Assembly (NCBI GenBank): GCA_002687175.1
Contig: NYZP01000001.1
Coordinates: 839-64,838, forward strand
Reading direction: 5' to 3'
DNA: 64,000 nt
Source of the DNA: Parcubacteria group bacterium
GTDB lineage: Bacteria; Patescibacteriota; Patescibacteriia; Buchananbacterales; UBA6539
Shown in pieces: positions 49,101 to 58,571 of the stretch (its first letter is position 1; every line of letters starts with the position of its first letter). Made by a program: the position numbers and the translations under genes. A model generated the notes under the pieces. It did no database searches. It was not told where the DNA came from and saw only the letters and a program-made list of their open reading frames with translations.

Positions 49101-49883
49101 TCCAGTTTCTGAATTATAGAAATCCTGAATTTCTACGTAGGTTGAACCATCTTGACTGTACCAACGGTGAACATAGAAACCTCCACCATTATCAAACGGA
49201 TCACCAATCAGACTCGAGAATTGATTTGCTACTTCAGTAATTTCCTGATGAAACGTTCCGTCTTCCCAGTAACCAGTAATGAGCGACGTCTGCCCATTAT
49301 TACCTGACTCATACACATGTCCACGTACTAAACCAGCGATGAATTCATTCGAATTAAATTCTCTAAATGAACCACCAGCTGTCACATCTCTAGCCCATAT
49401 TCTTTCAGCGATGACAGATACACTTTGACCTGCATCTTGTGAAGGATCGCCCTCGTGTAAACCATAGTGAATATGATCTCCACTACAATTACCAGTACAA
49501 CCTTCAATTCCGATGACCTGCCCTTGATCAACCCATTGACCATTCTGAATACTAAAACTTTTCAGATGTGATCCTGGGATGACAAAAAGCCCATTACCGA
49601 CATCAATATTCACATGATTACCAAAACCATCAGGACCATTGCTGTAGTGAATATAAGCTATACCACTGATAGACGCTACGACTACATGATCTTGATCATT
49701 TGGTGTGTCAAAATCTAAATCATAACGAGTCGTGACACCATTATGGCTATAAATTTCACCAGGTCCTTGAGTACATAAATATTGTACCCCCGCAGGGAAT
49801 GGCAACTGCAGTAAGGGCTGTTCAGTAAAGGCTGATCCACTAATTACTAAGAGAAATACTGCCACCACTTGTAACTTTCTCAT
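46179..49883 (-). CDS. large secreted protein: M23 peptidase, FN3/Ig-like, CARDB-like and two LamG domains
   Basis: Signal peptide, GFGNHV..GCTGNCSGDHIH, GLSPSTTYVFKV, VADADSIISEPSEDNN, WYHLVVV..G.IDE twice. Confidence 0.8.
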   Translation of the reverse strand: MRKLQVVAVFLLVISGSAFTEQPLLQLPFPAGVQYLCTQGPGEIYSHNGVTTRYDLDFDTPNDQDHVVVASISGIAYIHYSNGPDGFGNHVNIDVGNGLFVIPGSHLKSFSIQNGQWVDQGQVIGIEGCTGNCSGDHIHYGLHEGDPSQDAGQSVSVIAERIWARDVTAGGSFREFNSNEFIAGLVRGHVYESGNNGQTSLITGYWEDGTFHQEITEVANQFSSLIGDPFDNGGGFYVHRWYSQDGSTYVEIQDFYNSETGFYSAIIYNSVLGQAFLIKDGFRWYYMSDVDGPKELNAPISNEYPWAHYPYENGSFNEDKAKVTYLRQDFMVDNKFLIWRPENGVVALGIPDGRGGADFTIALIPGQSDELLIEAWALSPESAFVTNNDISAEHYEVYQDGQYIADMANFELTVYGLSPSTTYVFKVVAVDGNANVLAEAAEVSVTTPAEELPEVEVVDFAHWVRNNQIEFLLPDLPNASFVEIVVNGQRYVASPGEGYWISNLANGSYNIYVEVFDNQAVLIGRSQTKTIFIGENFTIVPVGVVYAGPGESHTAIFRLENGFQQGLANPSYQTLVSGNSWLVPGQFDLSGIVIPAKGYVEVAIPFTTEDWYENSVEVAFALYVEYTGSFGSYSKVSDSGIHQIQLKPFTDLVADIPFNLGVFVPGEEVVLAPSISNLANRSSLVSRMEVWLEELSTGSLELIVSVLLPELVANGSWQEQFYLMALPAGDYVITVVADADSIISEPSEDNNIAEAVFAILDSAVTAEELFWLNWQENLLGDWYMDGLVGSVEKRRNVQESSLGDLMEVGAVGSAPGFTGQDDGAYQFNGESYLLINDDDQLTTSELTISLWFQFPRLNSTMTLLSKLENGDRSYDLSICGVGSDKGKVMWGTTSQPASPLTYLMSQTIIMTKRWYHLVVVQSALGRFIYLDGQLDNSDAVGNVVPNSTAPLLVGKQIFDGVDYFLFQGEIDELVISAGSMSASDVNIYHDLLVAGLPTEISQPVSELIFNLESDYSTVGLWPLNGQTGTEQKLVNYGGKPELDLLAFGSSMSISGFNQLADGAIDLDGVTQFLMVPTDDELMPSEITIEFWLKPNNTTDTQFIFSKADRNNRSYVVALGTGESAGRIRWETTSNPSTPMTALISNRQLMVGQWYYVVVVQNSVGRQIYINGQLDNSDPTVNVITKSSCPLYFGKCVWENVDYFFYDGALDEIRISNLGRTAEEIYATWMQLSGF

Positions 49884-50031
49884 GACTAACCTCCTATTTA
49901 GTTTAGATTGTCAATGAACACTTCACATCATAAAAAAACTCTCCGTACTTAGAGAGCTTTTCTAAAAACAACATAATGTCTTCTTAGAGAAGCTCTCTAA
50001 GTGCACTATGTTGATTGAGATAATTTATTAG

Positions 50032-50547
50032 CTAAAGAAGAAAATTAAAGTTAGATATAATTGATTCTAAAATTTTATGATCTGCTTCATTACTAATTAA
50101 TAATTCTAGTCTATTACAATTTTTTAAATCATCTTCACATATATCCCAATTTTTAATTTCTATTGTAAAATTATATAATATTAAAGTTTTTCCTTCTAAC
50201 AATGACCATTCTCTTAAATTAACTGGCTTGTTGTCAATTGATTCAACATTCTTGATTGGTACTGTAGATGGTAAACCATGATTAAAATTACCTTTAGGTA
50301 AGATTGATAAACTGGATTGTTCATTTGTAATAAAAAACCCCTTTGAGTAATTAAATCGCTCACTAAATGACCATCCATCTGGATATTTTATTTCAAATCC
50401 AAATTCCTCATTAGTGTAAGTCTGCCAATCTGCAGTATTAATCACATTTGTATTGTCTACTGATTTTTTGACACAACCAAAAAGCCCTAATCCAAAAATC
50501 ATGGTTAAAATTACAAAAGCAAATTGTTTTTTTCCAAACTTAATCAT
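50032..50547 (-). CDS. lipoprotein with PsbP-like domain
   Basis: LFGC lipobox, ADWQTYTNEEFGFEIKYPDGW, ILESIISNFNF. Confidence 0.75.
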   Translation of the reverse strand: MIKFGKKQFAFVILTMIFGLGLFGCVKKSVDNTNVINTADWQTYTNEEFGFEIKYPDGWSFSERFNYSKGFFITNEQSSLSILPKGNFNHGLPSTVPIKNVESIDNKPVNLREWSLLEGKTLILYNFTIEIKNWDICEDDLKNCNRLELLISNEADHKILESIISNFNFLL

Positions 50548-50663
50548 AGCTCGACTAAATAAAAATAAACGCCATCGGCGCTACATTGATTTGTATATTC
50601 ATCTACTAACATTTTACCACTTATAAAAATAACGTCAATACACAAAAGTGGATAAATTGTGAT

Positions 50664-51072
50664 CTAGTTAATTTTTTCTAAAGTTTTATTTAAAGTATTA
50701 TATTTATGATGTTTCTTTTGATTATCTATGTATTTTCTTACTATGGTAAAATCTTTTTCCGATAGGCTAAAAACACCATACCCTTTCTGCCAAAAAAAAT
50801 TTTGATTATTTTGTGAAATATTTATATAGCGTGACGAGCTTCCTTTAATTCTATTGACAAATTCAGAAATGCTAACCTTCGGAGGTATATGACGTAATAA
50901 ATGGACATGATCATCTATATTGTTAAATGTAAAACTCTTACCATGACACTCAATTATTTTTTTTTGGAATGTAATTTTTTATTAATTTTTCAATTGGATC
51001 AGTAATTAAAGGTTCTCTATTCTTAGTAGACCAAATAATATGATAATATAATTTATGAAAAACATTTGACAT
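50664..51072 (-). pseudogene. tnpA: IS200/IS605-family Y1 transposase (TnpA/RAYT-like), one frameshift in an A9 run
   Basis: Manual translation: YHIIWSTKNR, HUH motif DHVH, IKGSS, FWQKGY, YIDNQKKHH. Confidence 0.85.
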
Positions 51073-51084
51073 ATCTTTATTATC

Positions 51085-51268
51085 GCCCGGGCATTCATGC
51101 CCGGGCTGAGATTTTACAAATGTCCCTAAAGGGACATAATTTTTAAATTTAGCACTCCCTTATCTTACTACGCTCTAATTTTATCTTTAAACCAAGGAAG
51201 AGAATATTACAGCCCTGCCCTTCAGGGCTGGGCTAATTCAGGGCTGGGCTAATTCAGGGCTGGGCTAA
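51085..51268. repeat. IS-end/REP-like hairpins and 16-bp tandem repeat x3
   Basis: GCCCGGGCAT-TC-ATGCCCGGGC; TGTCCCT-AA-AGGGACA; (TTCAGGGCTGGGCTAA)3. Confidence 0.8.
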
Positions 51269-51419
51269 TTAAAATATATTGGCTAATTAAAATGCATCCT
51301 ACTGATTTAAAAATAAAAAAAGTGCCTAAGGCACTATGTTGATCCTGTCACTTGATATTTAGCTAAAGACTTTATTCATCTGTAAACATTTTACCATTTC
51401 TGAAAACCATGTCAATAAA

Positions 51420-53375
51420 TTACCTATTCTCCGCCCACCAATTTACGATGTCACGAACCACTGGTAAGGCAGTGGTAGTGCCACCTATTCCCTCTTCCAC
51501 TAAAACAGTCACCACGATCTGTGGATCGTCATAAGGGGCAAAGGCGGTTAACCAAGCATGAGGTTCTTTAGTACTGGACCATTGAGCCGTACCGGTTTTG
51601 GCGGCCACGGTAATTGGTAAACCAAAAAGTCCTTGAGCTGAGCCCGAGAGCACCGCCTGACGCAAACCACGGTTAACCGTAGAAATATTTTCTGGTCTGA
51701 TAAAATTCTGATCGATAATTTGAGGATCTATTTCAGTGACCACATTATTATCTTTGTCTAAAATTTCTTTAACCAGATATGGTTTATATAATATTCCATC
51801 GTTAGCAAAGGCCGAAGTCCATACTGCCATCTGTAACGGGGTGACTAAAATATCACCCTGACCAATAGCTAGATGATAGGTGTCCCCGATATACCAACTT
51901 TCTTGTTTAACACTTTCCTTCCAGGCAATGGTTGGCAAAAATCCAGACGCTTCTCCTGGCAAATCAATACCTAGTGGCTCATTTAAATTAAACTTTTCGG
52001 CATAGCGTTTAATATTAGCCACCCCTAGGCCATCAAACTCCTCTTCTAGCCCACCACCAATAATGTAAAAATAGGTGTTGACCGATTCGGCTAAAGCCTT
52101 AACCACATTAGTCCAACCATGTCCCCCCGCTTTCCAATCAGGAAAAAACCAACTTTTAATACCTAGGCCACCAGTACTTAAAAAACTTTTAGCTGGCGTC
52201 ACAATATTTTCTTCTAAAGCCGCTGCCGCCACAATCATTTTAAAAGTTGAACCTGAGGGATACTCGCCACTGATAGCACGACTAAACAACGGCTGATTAG
52301 GATCATTAATCAATTCGGAAAATTCATCACCAGATATTCCTCGGCTGAACAAGTTGTTGTCAAACGACGGCCAGTTAACCATTGCTAGAACTTCTCCGGA
52401 ATTTGGATTCATCACAATAGCCACACCACGTTTTTTGTCATAAGCGCCAATGCTTCGACGCAAGCTAAGCTCAGCCTGCTTTTGCAGTTCCGCATCAATA
52501 GTTAAAACAAGGTTTTTCCCAGCAATTGGCTTTTCTTGAGCGATAACTTCTTTAGCTTCACCGGTAGCATCAACTTCAACCTGTTCACGTCCATTTACCC
52601 CTTTTAAAACATTCTCGTAGGAAAACTCAATGCCCGCTTTGCCAATATTGTCATTAAATGAGTAGCCCTGACTAAGATAACTTTCTAACTTATCCTCATT
52701 CAGTTTGCCTAGATAACCTAGAATATGAGAAAAGCTGGGATTATCTCCACTGGGTAAATAAAATCGAGTGTTATCGGTTTTTAAAATAACACCAGAATAA
52801 TTTCCCGTCACTATTTCAGTTAAGATGGCTTGATCTTGGGTTAAGACATCACCAACAATAACTGGTTGATAAGAATAAGGCGATTGACTTTCCATTAATT
52901 CTGTTATTTCCTCAGTTGAGATCAAAGAAATCTTTGATAACTCTTCAGCAATTTCTAATCTTTTCTGGGCATCACTGGACAAATCAACTGGTACAAAAGC
53001 CAAGAAAAAACCAGGAACATTTTTTACCAATAAATTCTGATGACGATCATAGATAACCCCCCGAGCCGCTTTAATATCCCTGACTCTGACGCGATTACCC
53101 TCGGCAATGGCACTAAAATGGTCCCCCATAACAATTTGTAAAAAAGCTGTTCTTATCACCAAAACTAGAATACCGGCTAGTAAAACCGCCAACCAAATAT
53201 TAATCACCTTGTTATTTAATAATAACCCTAAAGAGTTGTCTCTAATATTTGATTTAGTGTCGGAAAAAGACTCAACCTCGTGCCACTTACCTTTTAATTT
53301 TGAACGGCCTGAATAATTACCAAATCGTTGGTTATCATTAATGGCAAATGGATTAGAGCCAGCTCTAGGCCTCAT
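51420..53375 (-). CDS. mrdA: penicillin-binding protein 2
   Basis: GSTFK, SVN, KTGTAQ, adjacent to mreBCD. Confidence 0.95.
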   Translation of the reverse strand: MRPRAGSNPFAINDNQRFGNYSGRSKLKGKWHEVESFSDTKSNIRDNSLGLLLNNKVINIWLAVLLAGILVLVIRTAFLQIVMGDHFSAIAEGNRVRVRDIKAARGVIYDRHQNLLVKNVPGFFLAFVPVDLSSDAQKRLEIAEELSKISLISTEEITELMESQSPYSYQPVIVGDVLTQDQAILTEIVTGNYSGVILKTDNTRFYLPSGDNPSFSHILGYLGKLNEDKLESYLSQGYSFNDNIGKAGIEFSYENVLKGVNGREQVEVDATGEAKEVIAQEKPIAGKNLVLTIDAELQKQAELSLRRSIGAYDKKRGVAIVMNPNSGEVLAMVNWPSFDNNLFSRGISGDEFSELINDPNQPLFSRAISGEYPSGSTFKMIVAAAALEENIVTPAKSFLSTGGLGIKSWFFPDWKAGGHGWTNVVKALAESVNTYFYIIGGGLEEEFDGLGVANIKRYAEKFNLNEPLGIDLPGEASGFLPTIAWKESVKQESWYIGDTYHLAIGQGDILVTPLQMAVWTSAFANDGILYKPYLVKEILDKDNNVVTEIDPQIIDQNFIRPENISTVNRGLRQAVLSGSAQGLFGLPITVAAKTGTAQWSSTKEPHAWLTAFAPYDDPQIVVTVLVEEGIGGTTTALPVVRDIVNWWAENR

Positions 53376-53898
53376 AAAAAGGGTGGGATAAAAATATATT
53401 TCTTAATCGTCCAGTTGAAATATGATAAGTAAAGAAGATAATTGTCAAAATAATTAAATTTAGAAATGGTTGCCAGAAAAAGTATGTCCAAAAATTAAAA
53501 TTAATAGATATAGCATCAAAGCCAATAATGATAGTCAACAAGTTAAGCAGTACAATCAAAAAATTATAACTAATGGTACCAATAAACCCAAGAATCAGCA
53601 GTGAATAGAATGATCGATTGGTAAAAAAATTATTGAACAGTAAATTTAATAAAATTACAGTTAACATTAAACTGACGGTGACAACCCCAAAAGCTAAATT
53701 ACTGTATAATTCTAAAAAAATTCCGCCACCTAAACCCCACCACAGACCACGCTGATAGCTTAAAATTACGGTTACAAAAATAACTAAACTTAAAATTAAA
53801 TTTAAACCATTAACTGGAAAAAGCCAGGTAGTTAAAAAACTGATCTGAATAATACCCAAAATAATTATTAATAAAATGTTGAGCAGAATGCTAATCAT
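53365..53898 (-). CDS. mreD: rod shape-determining protein MreD
   Basis: Multi-TM, between mreC and mrdA. Confidence 0.8.
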   Translation of the reverse strand: MISILLNILLIIILGIIQISFLTTWLFPVNGLNLILSLVIFVTVILSYQRGLWWGLGGGIFLELYSNLAFGVVTVSLMLTVILLNLLFNNFFTNRSFYSLLILGFIGTISYNFLIVLLNLLTIIIGFDAISINFNFWTYFFWQPFLNLIILTIIFFTYHISTGRLRNIFLSHPFYEA

Positions 53899-54705
53899 CG
53901 ATTTGGCTGGTCAAAATTATAACCTGAGTTAAATTATCAATTTTAATAAGTGACTTAACCCGAGCCGTTTTGAATAAACTGTTTGGCTCAGTAATGACTT
54001 GGTTGACTTCACCAATGACTAGCCCCTGAGGAATAGTTTGTTCCAGACCAGAAGTTATAATAACGTCACCGGCTTTGACTTCATCTTCTTGAGGTAACAG
54101 TTCCATTTTCAAACTTAAACCATGTTCGCCGATAACAATCCCCTTAGAGTTTGTTTCATTTTGTACCAAAGCAGCGATCCGACTGTCCGAGTCATTAACC
54201 AAGATAGCTTCAGAACTGTTTCGTTTAACATTAGAAACTTTGCCAACCATGATACCGTTGGCAGTAATTAGCGGAGAATCAACAGTTACCCCACTACTAC
54301 TGCCACGATTTAAAATAATGGATTGATGAGAAGGCTCGGGATTTTTACCAATAATTTTTGCGGTTACTCCTTCAAGACCAGAACTGGCAAGATAATCTTG
54401 CAAAGCGGACAACTCCACACTATCAGAAATTTTTATTTTAAGCTGAGAATTTTCAACTTTTAAATCTGTTATTTGTTGCTCTAAATCTTGATAGGATTGG
54501 ACTAAATCTTTATTAACAAAGTAATTAGTATAAAAACTGTTAATCTTAATACCAACGCCATAAATTCGGTGTTGGATCGGCGAAAATATTCTGACCACAA
54601 TATTTTCTATTGGCCTTAAAATTCCCACGTAATGCAAAAAATTAGCAGAATTACAACTGCTAACAAACCTACTGAAAGTCTACTTTTTCTAAAAAATTTT
54701 AACAT
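53891..54705 (-). CDS. mreC: rod shape-determining protein MreC (apparent 1-nt homopolymer frameshift near 54640)
   Basis: LKVEN, ILNRGS, GDVIITSG, PQGLVIG; upstream ATG and TM anchor lie in a shifted frame. Confidence 0.9.
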
Positions 54706-54734
54706 AATAAATCAAATTATTTGATTTATTAAAA

Positions 54735-55793
54735 TTAACGAGATCCTTTTTCTTCTTTAGTTGATGAGGGTACGGCCACTTCTTGCAGTAAATTATCATC
54801 TTCTAAAATCAAGCCCATACCACGAACTGAACAAGTCAAAGAGTCTTCAATAACTTTAATCGGAATTTTAGTTGCCTTAGCAATAATTTTATCAAGACCA
54901 GTAAGCATAGCGCCACCACCAGCCAAAATCATGCCCCGTTGATAAATATCAGCCACTAATTCTGGTGGAGTAATCTCGAGTGTGCTTTTGATGCCTTCAA
55001 TAATCGTGGTGATTGATCGATTAAATGCTTGAGTTACCTGATCACTGTTAATTACTACTTCTTTAGGTAACCCTGTCATCAAATCACGTCCACGCATTTT
55101 AATTTCAATGGTTTCGTGGGAGTCTAAAATTCGACCAGATCTTATCTTGATATCTTCGGCTACTCGCTCACCTATTAATAAATTAAATTCACTGTGAGCA
55201 AATTGAATTATATCTTGATTAATTTTATTACCGGCCGTACGTAGTGACTTCCAGGCCACCACTCCAGACAGAGAAATGACGGCAATCTCGGTTACTCCGC
55301 CACCAAGGTCAACCACCATGTTACCTGAGGGATCTTGAATTGGTAATCTGGCACCAATCGCCGTAGCAATAACATTTTCGACTAAATAAACTTCCCTGGC
55401 TCCGGCCGACAATACCACATCTTCAACTGCCTTTTTTTCTACTTCGGTCACGTCCAAGGGAACACCAATTATTATTCGTGGACGAGGCGACAGACCAAAA
55501 CTTTCTTGTGAAATCCGATCAATAAAATACTTTAACATCTTTTCGGTCACTTCAAAATCATAAATGATAGCATCGACTAAGGGTCGAGAAATTGTAATGT
55601 GTGGTGGAGTCTTTCCCACCATTTTTTGAGCTTCTTCACCAACGGCTAAAATTTGATCATTACGATTGTTCAGAGCCACGATCGATGACTCATTAACAAC
55701 AATACCACGATCTTTAACGTAAATTAAAGTATTCGAGGTGCCTAAGTCAATCGCCACATCACGGGAGAATTTTTTGAATAAATTATTGAACAT
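54735..55793 (-). CDS. mreB: actin-like MreB
   Basis: IDLGTSNT, TEVEKKAV, DLGGG, TPPELVADI, GGGA. Confidence 0.96.
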   Translation of the reverse strand: MFNNLFKKFSRDVAIDLGTSNTLIYVKDRGIVVNESSIVALNNRNDQILAVGEEAQKMVGKTPPHITISRPLVDAIIYDFEVTEKMLKYFIDRISQESFGLSPRPRIIIGVPLDVTEVEKKAVEDVVLSAGAREVYLVENVIATAIGARLPIQDPSGNMVVDLGGGVTEIAVISLSGVVAWKSLRTAGNKINQDIIQFAHSEFNLLIGERVAEDIKIRSGRILDSHETIEIKMRGRDLMTGLPKEVVINSDQVTQAFNRSITTIIEGIKSTLEITPPELVADIYQRGMILAGGGAMLTGLDKIIAKATKIPIKVIEDSLTCSVRGMGLILEDDNLLQEVAVPSSTKEEKGSR

Positions 55794-55800
55794 TTCTTCT

Positions 55801-57015
55801 TTAAAGTTTTTTCAAAACTTGCTCCAAGCTAAGGAGCTCTGCTTTTTTCTCCCCCCGAGGTTTAAATTCAATTTTATTTTGAGTTTTTTGAGAAACTACT
55901 AACCGGTAAGGAATGCCTATTAAATCGGCTTCAGCAAACTTAGCACCAGCCGAAATATCACGATCATCGTATAAAACTTCAACTCCCGCCTTGGTTAGTT
56001 GCTGATAAATTTTATCAGCTTTTAGGTTTTCTTTCAAGGATACTAGGTGAACCTGGAAAGGAGCAATGCTGGTTGGCCAAATAATACCAGTTTTATCATT
56101 TGAAGACTCAACAACTGTTGCCATTAAACGACCAACACCAATGCCATAGCAACCCATCATAATTGGTTTTGCTTTACCTTTTTGGTCAACAAAATTAGCT
56201 TTCATTTTATGACTATAGATATCATCTAATTTAAAAATATGACCAGCCTCGATACCCTTTTTTGTTTCAAGATTTGTTTTACATTCTGGACAGTCCTTTT
56301 GCTTATCAAATACTTCCACATTACCAGCCCAACCACATTCCCGACAAACTAATATATTATCTTCGCCGGAATCAGCGATCACCATAAATTCATGACACTC
56401 ATTGCCGCCAATCGATCCTGAGCTTGCTTCCACCATCACTGATTCTACACCACAACGTTGATAAATATTTTTATAGGCTTGAGTAACTTTTTTATAAAAA
56501 GCTGCTAAGTCTTTAGCGTCGGTATGAAAACTGTATAAATCTTTCATCACAAATTCACGAACTCTTAACAGTCCGCCGGTGGCGCGCATTTCATTACGAA
56601 ACTTATTTTGAATCTGGTATAAAGAAAAAGGTAAATCCTTGTAAGAATTAATCCGTCGCCTGATTAAATCAGTAATCACTTCTTCATGAGTCGGTCCTAG
56701 CCCTAACTCTTTACCATGACGATCTTTAACCACAAATAACGGCGGGTCAATTGTTTTCCAACGACCAGTTTCGGTCCATAAACTCTTTGGTATTAAGGTT
56801 GGCATGATGAACTCTTGAGCACCTAAAGAATTCATCTCTTCGCGAATAATATTTTCAATTTTTTTATGAACCCGAAAACCCAAAGGCAACAGTGTGTAAA
56901 CCCCAGCCGCTAACTGATCGATAAAATCAGCCCTTAGTAAAAGCTGATGGGATATGGTTACCGCATCTTTTGGTAAATTTTTTAAAGTTTTAGCAAAAAG
57001 TTTAGATTGCTTCAT
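55801..57015 (-). CDS. proS: proline--tRNA ligase (short form)
   Basis: MKQSKLF, GPTHEE, RVREFVMKDLYSF, MGCYGIGVGR. Confidence 0.96.
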   Translation of the reverse strand: MKQSKLFAKTLKNLPKDAVTISHQLLLRADFIDQLAAGVYTLLPLGFRVHKKIENIIREEMNSLGAQEFIMPTLIPKSLWTETGRWKTIDPPLFVVKDRHGKELGLGPTHEEVITDLIRRRINSYKDLPFSLYQIQNKFRNEMRATGGLLRVREFVMKDLYSFHTDAKDLAAFYKKVTQAYKNIYQRCGVESVMVEASSGSIGGNECHEFMVIADSGEDNILVCRECGWAGNVEVFDKQKDCPECKTNLETKKGIEAGHIFKLDDIYSHKMKANFVDQKGKAKPIMMGCYGIGVGRLMATVVESSNDKTGIIWPTSIAPFQVHLVSLKENLKADKIYQQLTKAGVEVLYDDRDISAGAKFAEADLIGIPYRLVVSQKTQNKIEFKPRGEKKAELLSLEQVLKKL

Positions 57016-57023
57016 AATTTTTA

Positions 57024-57398
57024 TTAACCACGGAGTCTTTCCCAAAAACCTTTTTTATCAGATTGGTCTGGCGCGCCTTGAGCCTGATTATCCATTTGAT
57101 TTTTAACCAAGCCTTCTAGCTTCGCTCCTTCTTCTGCTACTTGCCCACCATCATACTCCGCATTATGGGCATGAGCCCCGGCATAGCTGGGCTTTTTTTG
57201 ATCTAAATGTAAATTAATTGAGGTTTTATTATCTTTATCTTGTTCAACATAAGCATGAAAACGAGGATAAAAGTCTCTTGATAATCTTTTGACATAACTG
57301 GTTTGGCCCGTGTTAGGATCATTAAATTCAGCATAACCGGCTCGACGCATAAAGGTTCGTAAATTCTCCTTAAACTCAAACGGTAGTGCTATTTTCAT
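57024..57398 (-). CDS. hypothetical protein
   Basis: Operonic; YPRFHAY, HLDQKKPSY..HNAEYDG. Confidence 0.75.
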   Translation of the reverse strand: MKIALPFEFKENLRTFMRRAGYAEFNDPNTGQTSYVKRLSRDFYPRFHAYVEQDKDNKTSINLHLDQKKPSYAGAHAHNAEYDGGQVAEEGAKLEGLVKNQMDNQAQGAPDQSDKKGFWERLRG

Positions 57399-57399
57399 A

Positions 57400-58569
57400 C
57401 TACAACAGACCTGATATCTTGTCCCAAAAACCTAAAAAGCCGTTGGTAATTCTGGATATATCTCTAAATGTCACAACTAACACCAGAAGCATCAGTAAGG
57501 CAAAACCAATATTATGAGCCGCTGTTTCGATTTTCGGTTTAATCGATTTTCCACGAACTTTCTCGATCAATAAAAACATCACCCGGCCACCATCCAAAGC
57601 AGGAATTGGCAAATAATTAATGACCGCAATAATTACCGAAAGCACTGCGGTAAACTGAATTAGATACAAAAATCCTAATTGTAAGGCATCACCAACTAAC
57701 GAAGCAATACCAACTGGTCCATAGACTTCACCAATTAATTCCTGAGAAATTAATAAACTTTTTATCACCAGATAAAAACCTAGGAATATATTACCAACTA
57801 ATTTTAAAGTTTCCCAAACTCCAAAAGCTGGAGCTAGATACCAAGGATAAGAAACAATACCTATTTCAATTAAGGCCACGCCCATGCCACCACGTTCAGT
57901 TTCCTCCAAAATTTCCGGTATCACTGTTGTCTCAATAATGGCCTCATCACGTTTAATTTGTAAACTAACCTCCTGACCAACTTTGGAATCAAAATAGTTC
58001 TGAAAGTCGGTAATTTTGGTCAGCACTTGACCATCAACTTGCACAATGGCATCAGCTACTTCAATACCGGCCGTTGCTGCTGGGGAGTCTGGTAGCACTT
58101 CCATGATTCTGATATTAACGTCACTAACTCTAGCCACGGCTGGAATATTATCCTCGTCAATTGCTTGAGGTGAACCAATGGTTAAACCAATAGTTAGCAG
58201 TACGGCGGCTAAAATAATATTCATGCTAACACCAGCCGAAAGAATCCAAATACGTTGCCAGATACTTTTATTACCAAAACTGTCAGGATCATTGGCATCA
58301 CCACCCTCTTCACCTTTAATTTTTACAAAACCACCTAAGGGAATCCAGTTAAGCGACCAAATAGTTTTTGGCGCTTCTTTGCTTTTTAAACCAACTGGTT
58401 TCCACTTACCATTGTCATCTTTGTAAAACCCCAGAGCTCGTGGCGGTAAACCAAGCCCAAACTCTTCAACTTTTACCCCCGCCCGTCTGGCAGTAACAAA
58501 ATGGCCTAGTTCATGAACTAGGACAATCAGACCTAAAATTAAAAAAAATACAATAATTGTTAGTAACAT
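57400..58569 (-). CDS. rseP: RIP metalloprotease RseP
   Basis: HELGH, PLGGFV, PDZ domain, NYLPIPALDGG. Confidence 0.93.
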   Translation of the reverse strand: MLLTIIVFFLILGLIVLVHELGHFVTARRAGVKVEEFGLGLPPRALGFYKDDNGKWKPVGLKSKEAPKTIWSLNWIPLGGFVKIKGEEGGDANDPDSFGNKSIWQRIWILSAGVSMNIILAAVLLTIGLTIGSPQAIDEDNIPAVARVSDVNIRIMEVLPDSPAATAGIEVADAIVQVDGQVLTKITDFQNYFDSKVGQEVSLQIKRDEAIIETTVIPEILEETERGGMGVALIEIGIVSYPWYLAPAFGVWETLKLVGNIFLGFYLVIKSLLISQELIGEVYGPVGIASLVGDALQLGFLYLIQFTAVLSVIIAVINYLPIPALDGGRVMFLLIEKVRGKSIKPKIETAAHNIGFALLMLLVLVVTFRDISRITNGFLGFWDKISGLL

Positions 58570-58571
58570 AA

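Noticed and set aside
51221-51268. CRISPR array
   Set aside because: 16-bp units are contiguous with no spacers and there are no cas genes
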